Below are positions 30,188-39,254 of a stretch of 64,000 nucleotides of DNA, one piece after another. This DNA is from Thermodesulfobacteriota bacterium. Lineage in GTDB: Bacteria; Desulfobacterota; Desulfobulbia; Desulfobulbales; SURF-16. Location of the stretch: positions 24,274-88,273 of the forward strand of contig JBFMAY010000012.1 of assembly GCA_040755455.1 (NCBI GenBank), read 5' to 3'. Within the stretch, counting starts at the first letter, position 1, and each line of letters opens with the position of its first letter. Below the pieces are notes generated by a model that did not search any database, was not told the DNA's origin, and saw nothing but the letters and a program-made list of their open reading frames with translations. A program made the position numbers and the translations under genes.

Positions 30188-31432
30188 ATGAGCGAGGAAA
30201 GTATTTTGGGAAGTAAAATTAAAGGACTGTACAAAGGCCTTTGCCAGACGGAATGGAACGCCACCATGACGGGTGTGCTTGTAGCCTTGTTCAGTATCCT
30301 GGTCATGGCCTGGTGGCGACCATGGGGCGCGGTGGGCGCCATTCGCAACTGGGGCGACTGGATCATGTACGGTTTCACCGGCCTGATCGGAACCGATGCG
30401 GGTATTTTCGGTTATTACGCAGATGCTCCCAAGGGTATTCTGTCAGACACCGGCTCAGTCATCGGCATCGGCTTTGTGGCCGGGGCCTTTGTCTCCGCCT
30501 GCCTGGGCAACGATTTTGCCATCCGTATTCCGCCGGTGCTTGAGATGTGCAAGGCCATGGTGGCCGGCGTGCTGATGGGTATCGGAGCCACCCTGGCCGG
30601 CGGCTGCAATGTCGGCGGCTTCTACAATGCCATCGGCAACCTGTCCGCCCACGGCTTTGCCATGTGGTTTGGACTGGTCATTGGCGTTGTCATAGGTCTT
30701 AAATACATTTACTGGGAAATGGAAAACGTAAGCTGGGGCAGCGGCGGCGCCAAAACCATTGAATTTCCTAAGGGTCTTAATTTCCTGCTTGGCTTAGTCG
30801 CACTGGCGGCGCTGATTGGCGGCACCTATATCTATGCCGGCAACGAGGACAGCGATTATATGGCCTCTCTTGGCGGTCTCCTGTTGATTGCGGCCGCTAT
30901 CGGTTACACCATGCAGCGCGGCCGCTGGTGCATGATTCAGGGTTTCCGTGAACCCCATATGACCGGCAACTGCACCATGGCGAAATCCGTGGCGCTGAGT
31001 ATTTTTATCGTGGCCCTCGGGGCAACGGTGCTCAAATACGGGGTTCCCGTCAGGCTGGATGGCGAACCTGTTTTGGCTCCCATTAATTACGTCCGCGGCA
31101 CATTCGGCTGGGGCGGCGTGGTCGGCGGCATTATTTTCGGCATGGGCGCCATGCTGGCCGGCGGCTGTGGTACAGGAACCCTCTGGCGTGTCGGTGAAGG
31201 ACAGATAAAGCTGTGGATCGTCGTGCCGATTTTTGCCATCAGCAATTCCATCATGACCGCCTGGTTTAACGACAGGGAATTCGAGGCGGACGGCGTGCTG
31301 GGCAAATATGTCTTCCTGCCCGATGTCTTCGGTTTTGGCGGGACGTTGTTTCTCATCGCCGCTTTCCTGCTTGCCTGGTATATCACGGTTGACTGGAATG
31401 AAGAATCCAATAAGTTGATTGTGGAAATGTAA
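30188..31432 (+). CDS. yedE: YeeE/YedE family sulfur-compound (thiosulfate-type) transporter
   Basis: Multi-TM protein with GATLAGGCNVG, QRGRWC and GAMLAGGCGTGTLWRVGEG; divergent from tusA. Confidence 0.92.
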   Translation: MSEESILGSKIKGLYKGLCQTEWNATMTGVLVALFSILVMAWWRPWGAVGAIRNWGDWIMYGFTGLIGTDAGIFGYYADAPKGILSDTGSVIGIGFVAGAFVSACLGNDFAIRIPPVLEMCKAMVAGVLMGIGATLAGGCNVGGFYNAIGNLSAHGFAMWFGLVIGVVIGLKYIYWEMENVSWGSGGAKTIEFPKGLNFLLGLVALAALIGGTYIYAGNEDSDYMASLGGLLLIAAAIGYTMQRGRWCMIQGFREPHMTGNCTMAKSVALSIFIVALGATVLKYGVPVRLDGEPVLAPINYVRGTFGWGGVVGGIIFGMGAMLAGGCGTGTLWRVGEGQIKLWIVVPIFAISNSIMTAWFNDREFEADGVLGKYVFLPDVFGFGGTLFLIAAFLLAWYITVDWNEESNKLIVEM

Positions 31433-31481
31433 GAGAAGACACCGGGCAATTTTCTCCTTGCCCGGCTTCCCACCATTTGCC

Positions 31482-31521
31482 AAAACGCATTTTCGTTCTT
31501 TTCGGAAATGCGTTTTTTTTT
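31482..31521 (+). terminator. Intrinsic terminator after yedE
   Basis: aaaacgcattttcg-ttcttttc-ggaaatgcgttttttttt; a second hairpin ccgggcaa..ttgcccgg at 31442-31465. Confidence 0.8.
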
Positions 31522-31604
31522 GCCTTGACAGTTAAAGTAGTATAGGTGAACATTAAAAGTATATTATTTAAGTTATTTCTAAAACATTACCAAGCAGACC
31601 GAAG

Positions 31605-33446
31605 ATGATTGCCCCGAATACCGGCCTACGCCCATATATATCTCTCGCACCGGAGCACCTGCTGCACGGCGATGAGGTTATCGTTATCGTGGATGATGAA
31701 ATTGCCATCCGCGAGCCGCTCAAATTCTATTTCGAACAGAATGGTTTTGCCGTTACCGATGCAAACAGCGGCAGCGAATTAATCAATCTGCTGGCAAACA
31801 GACATGTAGCGTTGGTCTTGCTCGATATTGGTTTACCCGATGCCGATGGCACCTCACTTCTTCCCCAAATTACGACCAACTATCCGGATGTCTCCATTGT
31901 CATGCTGTCCGGCCAGTCAGATATCCAGGTTGCCTTGGATTGCATCCGTAACGGCGCTGATGATTACATAACCAAACCCGTCCAGTTCAACGAAATCCTG
32001 GTGGCCGTAAAAAAGAACCTGGAAAAAAGGCGGCTGATCCTGGAAAACCGCCGCTACCAGGAGGATCTTGAACAGGCCTATTTCCGCATCCAGCTTCTGC
32101 ATCAGCTCTCCCTGAAAATGAACAGCGTTTATCTTAATGCGGTGGAGCTGGACGAGATTCTCCGCGCCATTCTGGTGGGTATTACCGCCAATGAAGGTTT
32201 GCGCTTCAACCGGGCCTTTCTTGCCTTATTTGACCCCAGCAATCAATTTCTGGAAGGCAGAATGGCCATTGGCCCCAGCTGCCGGGAGGAAGCCGCGCAT
32301 ATCTGGGCGGAAATGCGGGCCAAGGAACTCAACTTCATCGAGATCATAAAAAATCTCGGAGAGGCATGCATGCGGGAAGATGCTGCCGTCAACCAGATCG
32401 TCAAAACCCTCAGGATCCCTGTCACCCTCACTGATCATATCCTGATCAAATCCGCCACGGAAAGAATGAGCTTCAAGGTCAGTGGCGGGATTTCGTCGAT
32501 CCCTGTGCCGCACGACCTGATCAACCTGCTCAAAGAGGACACCTTTGTCGTGGTGCCGCTTTTTGCCCCGGGCCGCTCCATCGGCGTCATTATCGCCGAC
32601 AACTATGTCACCCGCAAACCCATTCCGGACAGCCATGTCGGCACCCTGGAACTTTTTGCCAGCCAGGGCAGCCTTGCCATTGAACAAAGCCGTCTGTATA
32701 TGGATATGCAGAAAAAGATCGCGGAACTTGAAGAGGTGACCCAGGAGCTGGACAAAAACAAAGACCTGCTGATTGAGGCTGAAAGATACTCGGCCCTGGG
32801 CCAGATGGCGGCCCAGATGGTGCACATCATCAGAAATCCCATTACCTCCATCGGCGGGGTTGCTCGCATACTTGCCCGCAAGATTGCCGGAGAGGAGTGG
32901 AAAAAATATCTTGATGTCATGGTCAAGGAAACCGACCGGCTGGAGGCAACCCTGACGGAGCTCTTCGACTTCGTCAGCCAGCCGCAGGGCGAAAAACAGC
33001 TCAACAACCTCTATCCGCTCATCCGCAAAACTGTCATTCTGCTGCAGACCAGCCTGGTGAAACAGAATATATCCTGGACCCTGGACCTTGCCGAGCCTGA
33101 CCCGGTTATTTTCATGGATGCCAAGCAAATACGAAGGGTTTTCCTCAACATCATCCGCAACGCCATGGAGGCCATGCCCCATGGCGGGACGCTAAAGATA
33201 GCAGCCCAGGTTGACAACGAGTGGGCGCATATTTCACTCCGGGATACTGGGATCGGGCTTTCCGGTGCCTATCTTGACAAGGCAAAAGAGCCTTTTTTTA
33301 CCACCAAGACCTATGGCACGGGCATGGGTCTCACGCTTGTTGACCGATTCATCAAGGCCCACGGGGGAAATTTTTCACTCATCCGCCACGACACCGGACT
33401 GGAAGTGAAAATCAATCTCCCCCTGGCGAAAAATGAAAATATCTGA
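31605..33446 (+). CDS. Cytoplasmic hybrid sensor kinase (REC-GAF-HisKA-HATPase)
   Basis: IVDDE..LLDIGLP..KP receiver, GAF region (VVVPL..GVIIADN), H-box HIIRNP, NIIRNA, DTGIG and GTGMGL. Confidence 0.9.
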   Translation: MIAPNTGLRPYISLAPEHLLHGDEVIVIVDDEIAIREPLKFYFEQNGFAVTDANSGSELINLLANRHVALVLLDIGLPDADGTSLLPQITTNYPDVSIVMLSGQSDIQVALDCIRNGADDYITKPVQFNEILVAVKKNLEKRRLILENRRYQEDLEQAYFRIQLLHQLSLKMNSVYLNAVELDEILRAILVGITANEGLRFNRAFLALFDPSNQFLEGRMAIGPSCREEAAHIWAEMRAKELNFIEIIKNLGEACMREDAAVNQIVKTLRIPVTLTDHILIKSATERMSFKVSGGISSIPVPHDLINLLKEDTFVVVPLFAPGRSIGVIIADNYVTRKPIPDSHVGTLELFASQGSLAIEQSRLYMDMQKKIAELEEVTQELDKNKDLLIEAERYSALGQMAAQMVHIIRNPITSIGGVARILARKIAGEEWKKYLDVMVKETDRLEATLTELFDFVSQPQGEKQLNNLYPLIRKTVILLQTSLVKQNISWTLDLAEPDPVIFMDAKQIRRVFLNIIRNAMEAMPHGGTLKIAAQVDNEWAHISLRDTGIGLSGAYLDKAKEPFFTTKTYGTGMGLTLVDRFIKAHGGNFSLIRHDTGLEVKINLPLAKNENI

Positions 33447-34479
33447 ACAATCCCATCTTGCCATTTACAAAATCGAACCAGGAACCGGCCAGAAAGTTCC
33501 AGTGAGCAAGGGCACCGACAACCTGCCCTTTGCCCCGGGTCAACTTATCAAAGGCACGGTTGCCGGATTTACCGGAGACGGCAAGGTACTGCTTGACGTC
33601 GGCGGCCAAATGGTAACAGCCAGAACCCTGGTGCCGTTAACCGTGGGCAGTGAACTCTGGCTGGAAACAGGGCAAGGGGGCATCTCCCCTCTTTTGACCC
33701 TGGCCGCCAAAAAAGGGGCGGTGCAGGATTTCCTGAAACTGCTGGTTTCCGGGGCACCGTTGCCTGCAGCAAGCGCGAAAGGACTTGCCGACCTGTTATC
33801 CGCACTGCTGCCAGGTCTTACTCCGGAAGCAACTGCCGGCGGACAGATAATGACCGGGGCCGCGATTGCGGCGACAAGCGGCGGTGAATCTTCCCCTGAA
33901 GCCATTAAGATGCTGGCCATGCTGCTAGGGGGCTCATCCAGGCCACGGATGGAAATCTCCCAGCTGCTAGATTCCATCGACCAAAATGAATCCCTGCAGA
34001 AACCAGTGCTCCAGCCGACGGCGGAAAAAATTGTCAAAATCATGGCCGTGCATCAGGAGATAAACAGTCAGCCCCCCCAGACACCCGATCAGAACTTTTT
34101 CCTCTTTCCCTGTTTTTTTGCCGGCAACGCAGGCTGGGGTGAGTGGATTTTTTCCATGGAAAAAGAGGCCGATCCTGGCGGAGGAGAACACTACAGCCTG
34201 TCGTTTTTTCTTGAAATGAGCCGGCTCGGCCCCCTTGCCCTGCAGGCAACCATTACCGGCAGGACCATCACCGGCCAGTTTCTGCTTGCATCGGACCAGG
34301 CAAGATCCCATGTTGCCGACCATGTCCAGGAGCTTGTCCATATTCTGGAAAAGCAGGGCTATCACCCAGTAAGTTTCACCTGCCGGATAAATAAGGCAAA
34401 TATTGTCAGCCAACTGAAGGATGCCCTGGAGGAAAAGGCGACCATCAGACGTTTCTCACTCCTTGATGTCAGCGTCTGA
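33433..34479 (+). CDS. FliK-like (flagellar hook-length control C-terminal domain) protein
   Basis: Low-complexity middle section and C-terminal FFLEMSRLGPL...LEKQGY pattern; overlaps the kinase stop. Confidence 0.6.
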   Translation: MKISEQSHLAIYKIEPGTGQKVPVSKGTDNLPFAPGQLIKGTVAGFTGDGKVLLDVGGQMVTARTLVPLTVGSELWLETGQGGISPLLTLAAKKGAVQDFLKLLVSGAPLPAASAKGLADLLSALLPGLTPEATAGGQIMTGAAIAATSGGESSPEAIKMLAMLLGGSSRPRMEISQLLDSIDQNESLQKPVLQPTAEKIVKIMAVHQEINSQPPQTPDQNFFLFPCFFAGNAGWGEWIFSMEKEADPGGGEHYSLSFFLEMSRLGPLALQATITGRTITGQFLLASDQARSHVADHVQELVHILEKQGYHPVSFTCRINKANIVSQLKDALEEKATIRRFSLLDVSV

Positions 34480-35898
34480 TCCCATTTTCGCATTGATAAA
34501 TACCGGTCTCTGCCAGGAAAGAACCACTGCCCCCAACCCGGCAACGGAGACCAGCAGAAACGAACTGCGCAGCGCCAGACAGAAAGATCGGGCATGAACC
34601 ATGGAGTAGTCCTTCAGTTCCACTCCCCCTGTTATCTTCCGGAAAAAAAAGGAGAAAAAAAGGCCGGCCAGGGCAACGCCAAGCATCATGCCCAGATTGC
34701 GGGCCGTGGCGAGTAAAGCTGCCGCCGTCCCACTGTTTTTGTTGCCGATCCTGGCCAGCACCGAGGCGCTGTTGGGTGACAGAAAAATGGCCTGGCCGAC
34801 CCCCAGAAAAACAAGCCGCGCAACGACTCCGGCAGGGGGCGTTTCCGGGGACAGGAAGGCAAGGAGCAGCAAACCGGTGGTGGAAGAGGCCAGTCCCAGG
34901 GTGGAAAGAATTCTCGCCCCCACCGAGTCGGAGAGCCAGCCGGCAACCGGAGCCACCACTATGGCGGAAAGGGGAATGGCCGTCATGATCAACCCAATCC
35001 TTGAAGCAGGCAGCCCCAGCACCAGATCAAGGTAAAAGGGAATGAGGATAAGCACAAAAAAAAGCAGCAGAAAAGAGAGCAGAGCGCTGACAACGCCGAC
35101 GGTGAAAAATCTTTTCTTCAGAAAGGACAAAGGCAACACCGGCTCCTCTGCCCGGTTTTCAATTTTCAGGAAAACAAGCAAGGCGGCAATGGCGCAGCAG
35201 ATCATGACCGCAGCCCATAGCGGGGAAAGCTGGGCGGAAAAGGCATGGGTGAGAGAAAAGGAGGCGGTGAAAAGCAGAAAACTCCACAGCACAGCCCCGG
35301 GCCAGTCATATCGCTTTTCCTCCGGCGGCCGGGCAGGGGTTGGCGGAAGAATGAACTGCGACAACACAGCAAAGCAAAAGCTTGCCGTCAGCGAAAGGAA
35401 AAAAAGCGCCCGCCAGGAAAAAAATTCAATCAGATACCCTCCCACCACCGGACCGCTCATCAAACCGAGGGAAACAGGAATGCCGATGAACCCCATACTG
35501 CGGCCGAGTTTTTCCGGGGGAAATGTCTGCCGGATAATGGCCGGGCCGTTGGCCATCATCATTGCCGCCCCCAGGGCTTGAAAAAAACGGGCACCGATCA
35601 GCATATTCAAGGAAGTTGCCAAGGCACAGCCGGCCGACCCCAGACCGAACAGGAGCAAACCAAGACCGTAAAACCTGTTGCGGCCGAGCCGGTCGGAAAG
35701 ATGCCCCCAGAAGAGCAGGGTGGAACTTGTAGTCAGCAGATAGGCCATCACCACCCATTCGGTCTTGTGCAGAGGGGCCTGAAACTCTCCCATGATCGCG
35801 GGAAGGGCGATGTTCACCATGGAGCTGTCCAGGGTGGAAAGAAAAACCCCGGAGGCAACCACCAGAAATATCAGAATTTTCTTATCTAAGACGGCCAC
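34456..35898 (-). CDS. MFS drug:H+ antiporter (DHA2/EmrB-QacA type, 14 TM)
   Basis: LDSSMVNIALP, GHLSDRLGR, ARFFQALGAA and GPVVGG motifs. Confidence 0.92.
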   Translation of the reverse strand: MAVLDKKILIFLVVASGVFLSTLDSSMVNIALPAIMGEFQAPLHKTEWVVMAYLLTTSSTLLFWGHLSDRLGRNRFYGLGLLLFGLGSAGCALATSLNMLIGARFFQALGAAMMMANGPAIIRQTFPPEKLGRSMGFIGIPVSLGLMSGPVVGGYLIEFFSWRALFFLSLTASFCFAVLSQFILPPTPARPPEEKRYDWPGAVLWSFLLFTASFSLTHAFSAQLSPLWAAVMICCAIAALLVFLKIENRAEEPVLPLSFLKKRFFTVGVVSALLSFLLLFFVLILIPFYLDLVLGLPASRIGLIMTAIPLSAIVVAPVAGWLSDSVGARILSTLGLASSTTGLLLLAFLSPETPPAGVVARLVFLGVGQAIFLSPNSASVLARIGNKNSGTAAALLATARNLGMMLGVALAGLFFSFFFRKITGGVELKDYSMVHARSFCLALRSSFLLVSVAGLGAVVLSWQRPVFINAKMGSDADIKE

Positions 35899-36042
35899 AG
35901 CTTTGCGTCACCCGAGGCAAAATATCTTTTTATTGACATAAAATGAACATTTTGAGTAGTCTATTTTTCTTATATGCAGAGAATGTGCATGAGCCCATAC
36001 CTGCAAATAATTTTAACGAGTTCTACTCCATATGGTGAAATA

Positions 36043-36549
36043 ATGAAAAAAAATCCACTTAAAAAAAGAAATTTTCTTCTCGTCATGTTTCTGCTTGCCT
36101 TCGTCCTCGGGCCGGTCAGCCAGTCATCCGCTGCTGCAACCATGCCCCATTTCGCCCTCAAATCGGTAACTGACGGCAAAACGCTGGACAGTAACGCATT
36201 GCAGGGCAAGGTCATGCTTGTCACCTTTTTCGCCACCTGGTGCCCGCCGTGCATCCAGGAAATACCTTCGCTTATCAGCCTGCAGCAGGAATTTGGCGGG
36301 AAAGGATTCACCGTGGTGGCAATTTCCGTCGATCAGGGAGGAACAAGCCCGGTAAAAAAGGTGATTGAAAAAACTGGCATTAATTACCCCGTCCTCATGG
36401 CTGATTCTAAAGTGACCAGTGATTTCGGCGGCATCGTCGGCATTCCCACCTCATTTCTCGTTAATCAGCAGGGAAATGTGGTGAAAAATTATCCCGGATA
36501 CGTGGGGCACAGCGTTTTTGCCGAGGATATCAAGCAACTTCTTCCTTAA
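36043..36549 (+). CDS. TlpA/ResA-like exported thioredoxin
   Basis: Signal peptide, FFATWCPPCIQEIP and GIPTSFLV; probable start ATG 36043. Confidence 0.92.
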   Translation: MKKNPLKKRNFLLVMFLLAFVLGPVSQSSAAATMPHFALKSVTDGKTLDSNALQGKVMLVTFFATWCPPCIQEIPSLISLQQEFGGKGFTVVAISVDQGGTSPVKKVIEKTGINYPVLMADSKVTSDFGGIVGIPTSFLVNQQGNVVKNYPGYVGHSVFAEDIKQLLP

Positions 36550-36618
36550 AAAAGATTTGGAAGGAGGCAAAAGGTTGTTATACTTATTGCCGACTGCGGG
36601 ATTGAATCTCTATTCATT

Positions 36619-36652
36619 TTGAGGTTGACATCCTCAAGAGGCAAGGTATATT
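36619..36652 (+). promoter_or_regulatory. sigma70-like promoter with an inverted repeat centred on the -35 box
   Basis: TTGAGG-TTGACAT-CCTCAA (36619-36637). TTGACA at 36625-36630, 16-nt spacer, TATATT at 36647-36652. Confidence 0.55.
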
Positions 36653-36715
36653 AAATAGTGTATGGTTAGGGTGGTTAGTTTTTATTGATCAGCAAAACAT
36701 CAAAAGGAGAAACAA

Positions 36716-36922
36716 ATGAGCAAGAAACTTTTGACTCTGGCATTGGCCGTAGCTTTTATCGCAAGCACCGCAACCGTATCTCTGGCTGCTAAAATTAAAT
36801 GTACCGTTGACAGCGTTGCTGGCGACAAGGTAACCATGACCTGTGAAGGTGCCGCCGATTTGAAAGCTGGCGACAAAGTTGAAGTAAAAGCCGGAAAAGG
36901 CAAAGCAGTAGAAGGTTGCTAA
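36716..36922 (+). CDS. Small secreted protein with C-terminal Gly-Cys, ExtJ-like
   Basis: AAGGAG RBS, Sec signal peptide (..SLA|A), beta-rich mature part, Lys-rich tail ending AVEGC; has its own promoter and terminator. Confidence 0.85.
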   Translation: MSKKLLTLALAVAFIASTATVSLAAKIKCTVDSVAGDKVTMTCEGAADLKAGDKVEVKAGKGKAVEGC

Positions 36923-36945
36923 TTTCTTTCCCTGTTTAAACCGCT

Positions 36946-36993
36946 GAATAAAAAGACCGTTTGATCTTCGGATAAAACGGTCTTTTTTTATTC
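36946..36993 (+). terminator. Intrinsic terminator after the ExtJ-like gene
   Basis: gaataaaaagaccgttt-gatcttcggata-aaacggtctttttttattc. Confidence 0.9.
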
Positions 36994-37404
36994 ATACAGT
37001 TTGCCAGCGTAAGCTGCAGCCTTGCTCTTTATCGCAAATTCCTCCATACCAAGTTTGCGCCATCAGGAACGCAAAAAAAATTGCTCCCCCAGCGTCTCAG
37101 ACTGGGGATGGCAGGAAAGACATCGCCATTCCGACTCCAGCTGCGGGCGGCTCCTTTCCCCGGCCGGCAAAACATATCTCGCGCCCTGACCAAGTCATCA
37201 TCATGCCAGTGTTTGCTCTTGCCTATCTGGTTGCAACAGGGCACAATGTTTTCACTCCCGGCGGTAAAAAAAATATTGGCTGGCCCTGGCAGGTAAAGTA
37301 AATATAGGCAGGTTTTCAATCAACGGTACGCAGGGGAAAAAATCCCAATCCACGCACCCGGAAAGGCACGCCGCAAAAAGCATGAACAAAAACGGATCCC
37401 TCAA

Positions 37405-38217
37405 GTGAACTTATTCTATGCCGCTTTTCTTGGAATTCTCCAAGGCGCTACCGAATTTCTCCCAGTCTCAAGCTCCGGCCATCTTGCCCTGGCTGAGGCC
37501 TTTTTCCACATTGAAGAGGCAGGCCTCACCTTTGACATCGCCCTGCATCTGGGCACCTTGCTCGCCATCCTGGCTTATTTTCGTAATGATTTTTATGGGA
37601 TGGGGCTGGCTCTCATCGGCAGGGATACGAGCGCAGATGCCAAACAGCGGCGGCGCATGTCGATTTACATTGCCCTTGCCACAATTCCCGCCGTAGCCGC
37701 CGGACTGTTATGCGGCGATGCCGCTGAAACTCTGTTGCGCGGACCGGCCACTGTCGCCTTTTCCCTGTCAGCCGCCGGTTTTTTTCTCTGGCTCGCTGAA
37801 AAAAAGGGGGACCGGCAACGCAGTTATGGCGCCATTACCATGAAAGACGCCATCATCATCGGCCTGGCCCAGTCCCTTGCCCTGATCCCCGGCGTGTCAA
37901 GAAGCGGCAGCACCATGACCGCAGGGCTCTTTCTTGGTCTGAACCGTTCCGCCAGTGCTCAGTTTTCCTTTTTGCTGTCTGCGCCCATTATTTTCGGGGC
38001 CGGAATCTATAAAATTCCTAAAATCATCAATATGGGTCTTGACCAAAGCCAGATGCTTTTTTACCTAACCGGTTTTCTTTCCTCGGCTGTTTCCGGCTAT
38101 CTGGTCATCGCCCTGCTGATGAGATATGTCCGGACAAAATCCCTGACCGTTTTTGCCTATTACCGCTTTTTCCTGTCGGCGATAGTTGTCATTGCCCTGC
38201 TGCTTGGCTATCAGTAA
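37405..38217 (+). CDS. uppP: Undecaprenyl-diphosphate phosphatase UppP/BacA
   Basis: QGATEFLPVSSSGHL and PGVSRSGST; GTG start. Confidence 0.96.
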   Translation: MNLFYAAFLGILQGATEFLPVSSSGHLALAEAFFHIEEAGLTFDIALHLGTLLAILAYFRNDFYGMGLALIGRDTSADAKQRRRMSIYIALATIPAVAAGLLCGDAAETLLRGPATVAFSLSAAGFFLWLAEKKGDRQRSYGAITMKDAIIIGLAQSLALIPGVSRSGSTMTAGLFLGLNRSASAQFSFLLSAPIIFGAGIYKIPKIINMGLDQSQMLFYLTGFLSSAVSGYLVIALLMRYVRTKSLTVFAYYRFFLSAIVVIALLLGYQ

Positions 38218-38240
38218 ACCAAAACAAAAGGTTATAAACC

Positions 38241-38930
38241 GTGCCTGAAATAAATCTGCCTGAAAAAACCCAGACCGTTCTGAAAAGAATCAGAAAAAAA
38301 TACAAAGTCGGCTTTGAGCCCTTGCGCATCAGGGATGTTGAGCTTAAAATTCTTCAGGTACAGGATCTCGAACATCTGTTAGCCGGCAAAGACCCCTTTG
38401 CCGATGTGGCAAGTTTCCCTTTCTGGGTCAAGCTGTGGGAGGCATCTCTCATGCTGGCGGATATCATGGCCAGCATGCCGGCCAAGCCTGGCCAGACACT
38501 GCTTGAGCTGGGCGCAGGACTTGCCGCGCCTGGACTGGTGGCCGCCGCCAGGGGCTACCAGGTGACCTTGAGCGATTACGAACCCCATATACTTGATTTC
38601 CAGCGGGTAAGTGCGGCGGCAAATGGTTTGACCGAGGTTGATTTTAGAATGATCGACTGGAAGAAACCTCCGGCAATTCCCCCGTTTGATATGATTATCG
38701 GCGCGGAAATTCTCTTCCGCGATGAATTTTTTCAACCGCTGCTCGATGTCTTCAACAAATATCTTGCCCCGCAGGGCACGATTTACCTTGCCCATGATGG
38801 CCGCAGGAAAAGCCTGCCAAAATTCCTCGACCGTGCCCAGCAGGAGTATCAGATTGCGGTCAGCGCCAGGAAAATGAAATCAGAAGAAGGGGAGCTGACC
38901 ATCATTATCAACCGATTAAAGAGAAAATAA
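38241..38930 (+). CDS. Class I SAM-dependent methyltransferase (protein-lysine MTase-like)
   Basis: FPFWVKLWEAS, LLELGAGLAAPG, VTLSDY and IIGAEILF. Confidence 0.82.
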   Translation: MPEINLPEKTQTVLKRIRKKYKVGFEPLRIRDVELKILQVQDLEHLLAGKDPFADVASFPFWVKLWEASLMLADIMASMPAKPGQTLLELGAGLAAPGLVAAARGYQVTLSDYEPHILDFQRVSAAANGLTEVDFRMIDWKKPPAIPPFDMIIGAEILFRDEFFQPLLDVFNKYLAPQGTIYLAHDGRRKSLPKFLDRAQQEYQIAVSARKMKSEEGELTIIINRLKRK

Positions 38931-38939
38931 CCCATTCCC

Positions 38940-39254
38940 ATGCCAATCTACGAGTATGAACATATCGGCCGGGAATGTAAACTCGGCAGACATTTCGAGA
39001 TAAGCCAGTCCATCACCAGCGACAGACTGGAAGCATGCCCTGAATGCGGACAACCGGTCAAAAGGCTCATTTCCCTTTGCGCGGTCAGCACGCCGAAAAC
39101 CAACAGCGATTTGAAAAATCACGGCTTCACCAAACTGGTGCGCCGGGACAACGGCGTCTATGAGAACGTCACTGCCACCGGCAAGGAAAGCAAAATATGG
39201 GATGTCCGCAAACCCGAAACCATGCCTGATTTGCGGTCGAAAATCCGCGATTAG
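38940..39254 (+). CDS. FmdB-family zinc-ribbon protein
   Basis: MPIYEYE..C...FE..Q......CPECG pattern. Confidence 0.85.
   Translation: MPIYEYEHIGRECKLGRHFEISQSITSDRLEACPECGQPVKRLISLCAVSTPKTNSDLKNHGFTKLVRRDNGVYENVTATGKESKIWDVRKPETMPDLRSKIRD

Noticed and set aside
37029..37319. ORFs and short hairpins in the spacer between the ExtJ-like gene and uppP
   Set aside because: No RBS, no protein-like motifs and no riboswitch consensus that I recognise.
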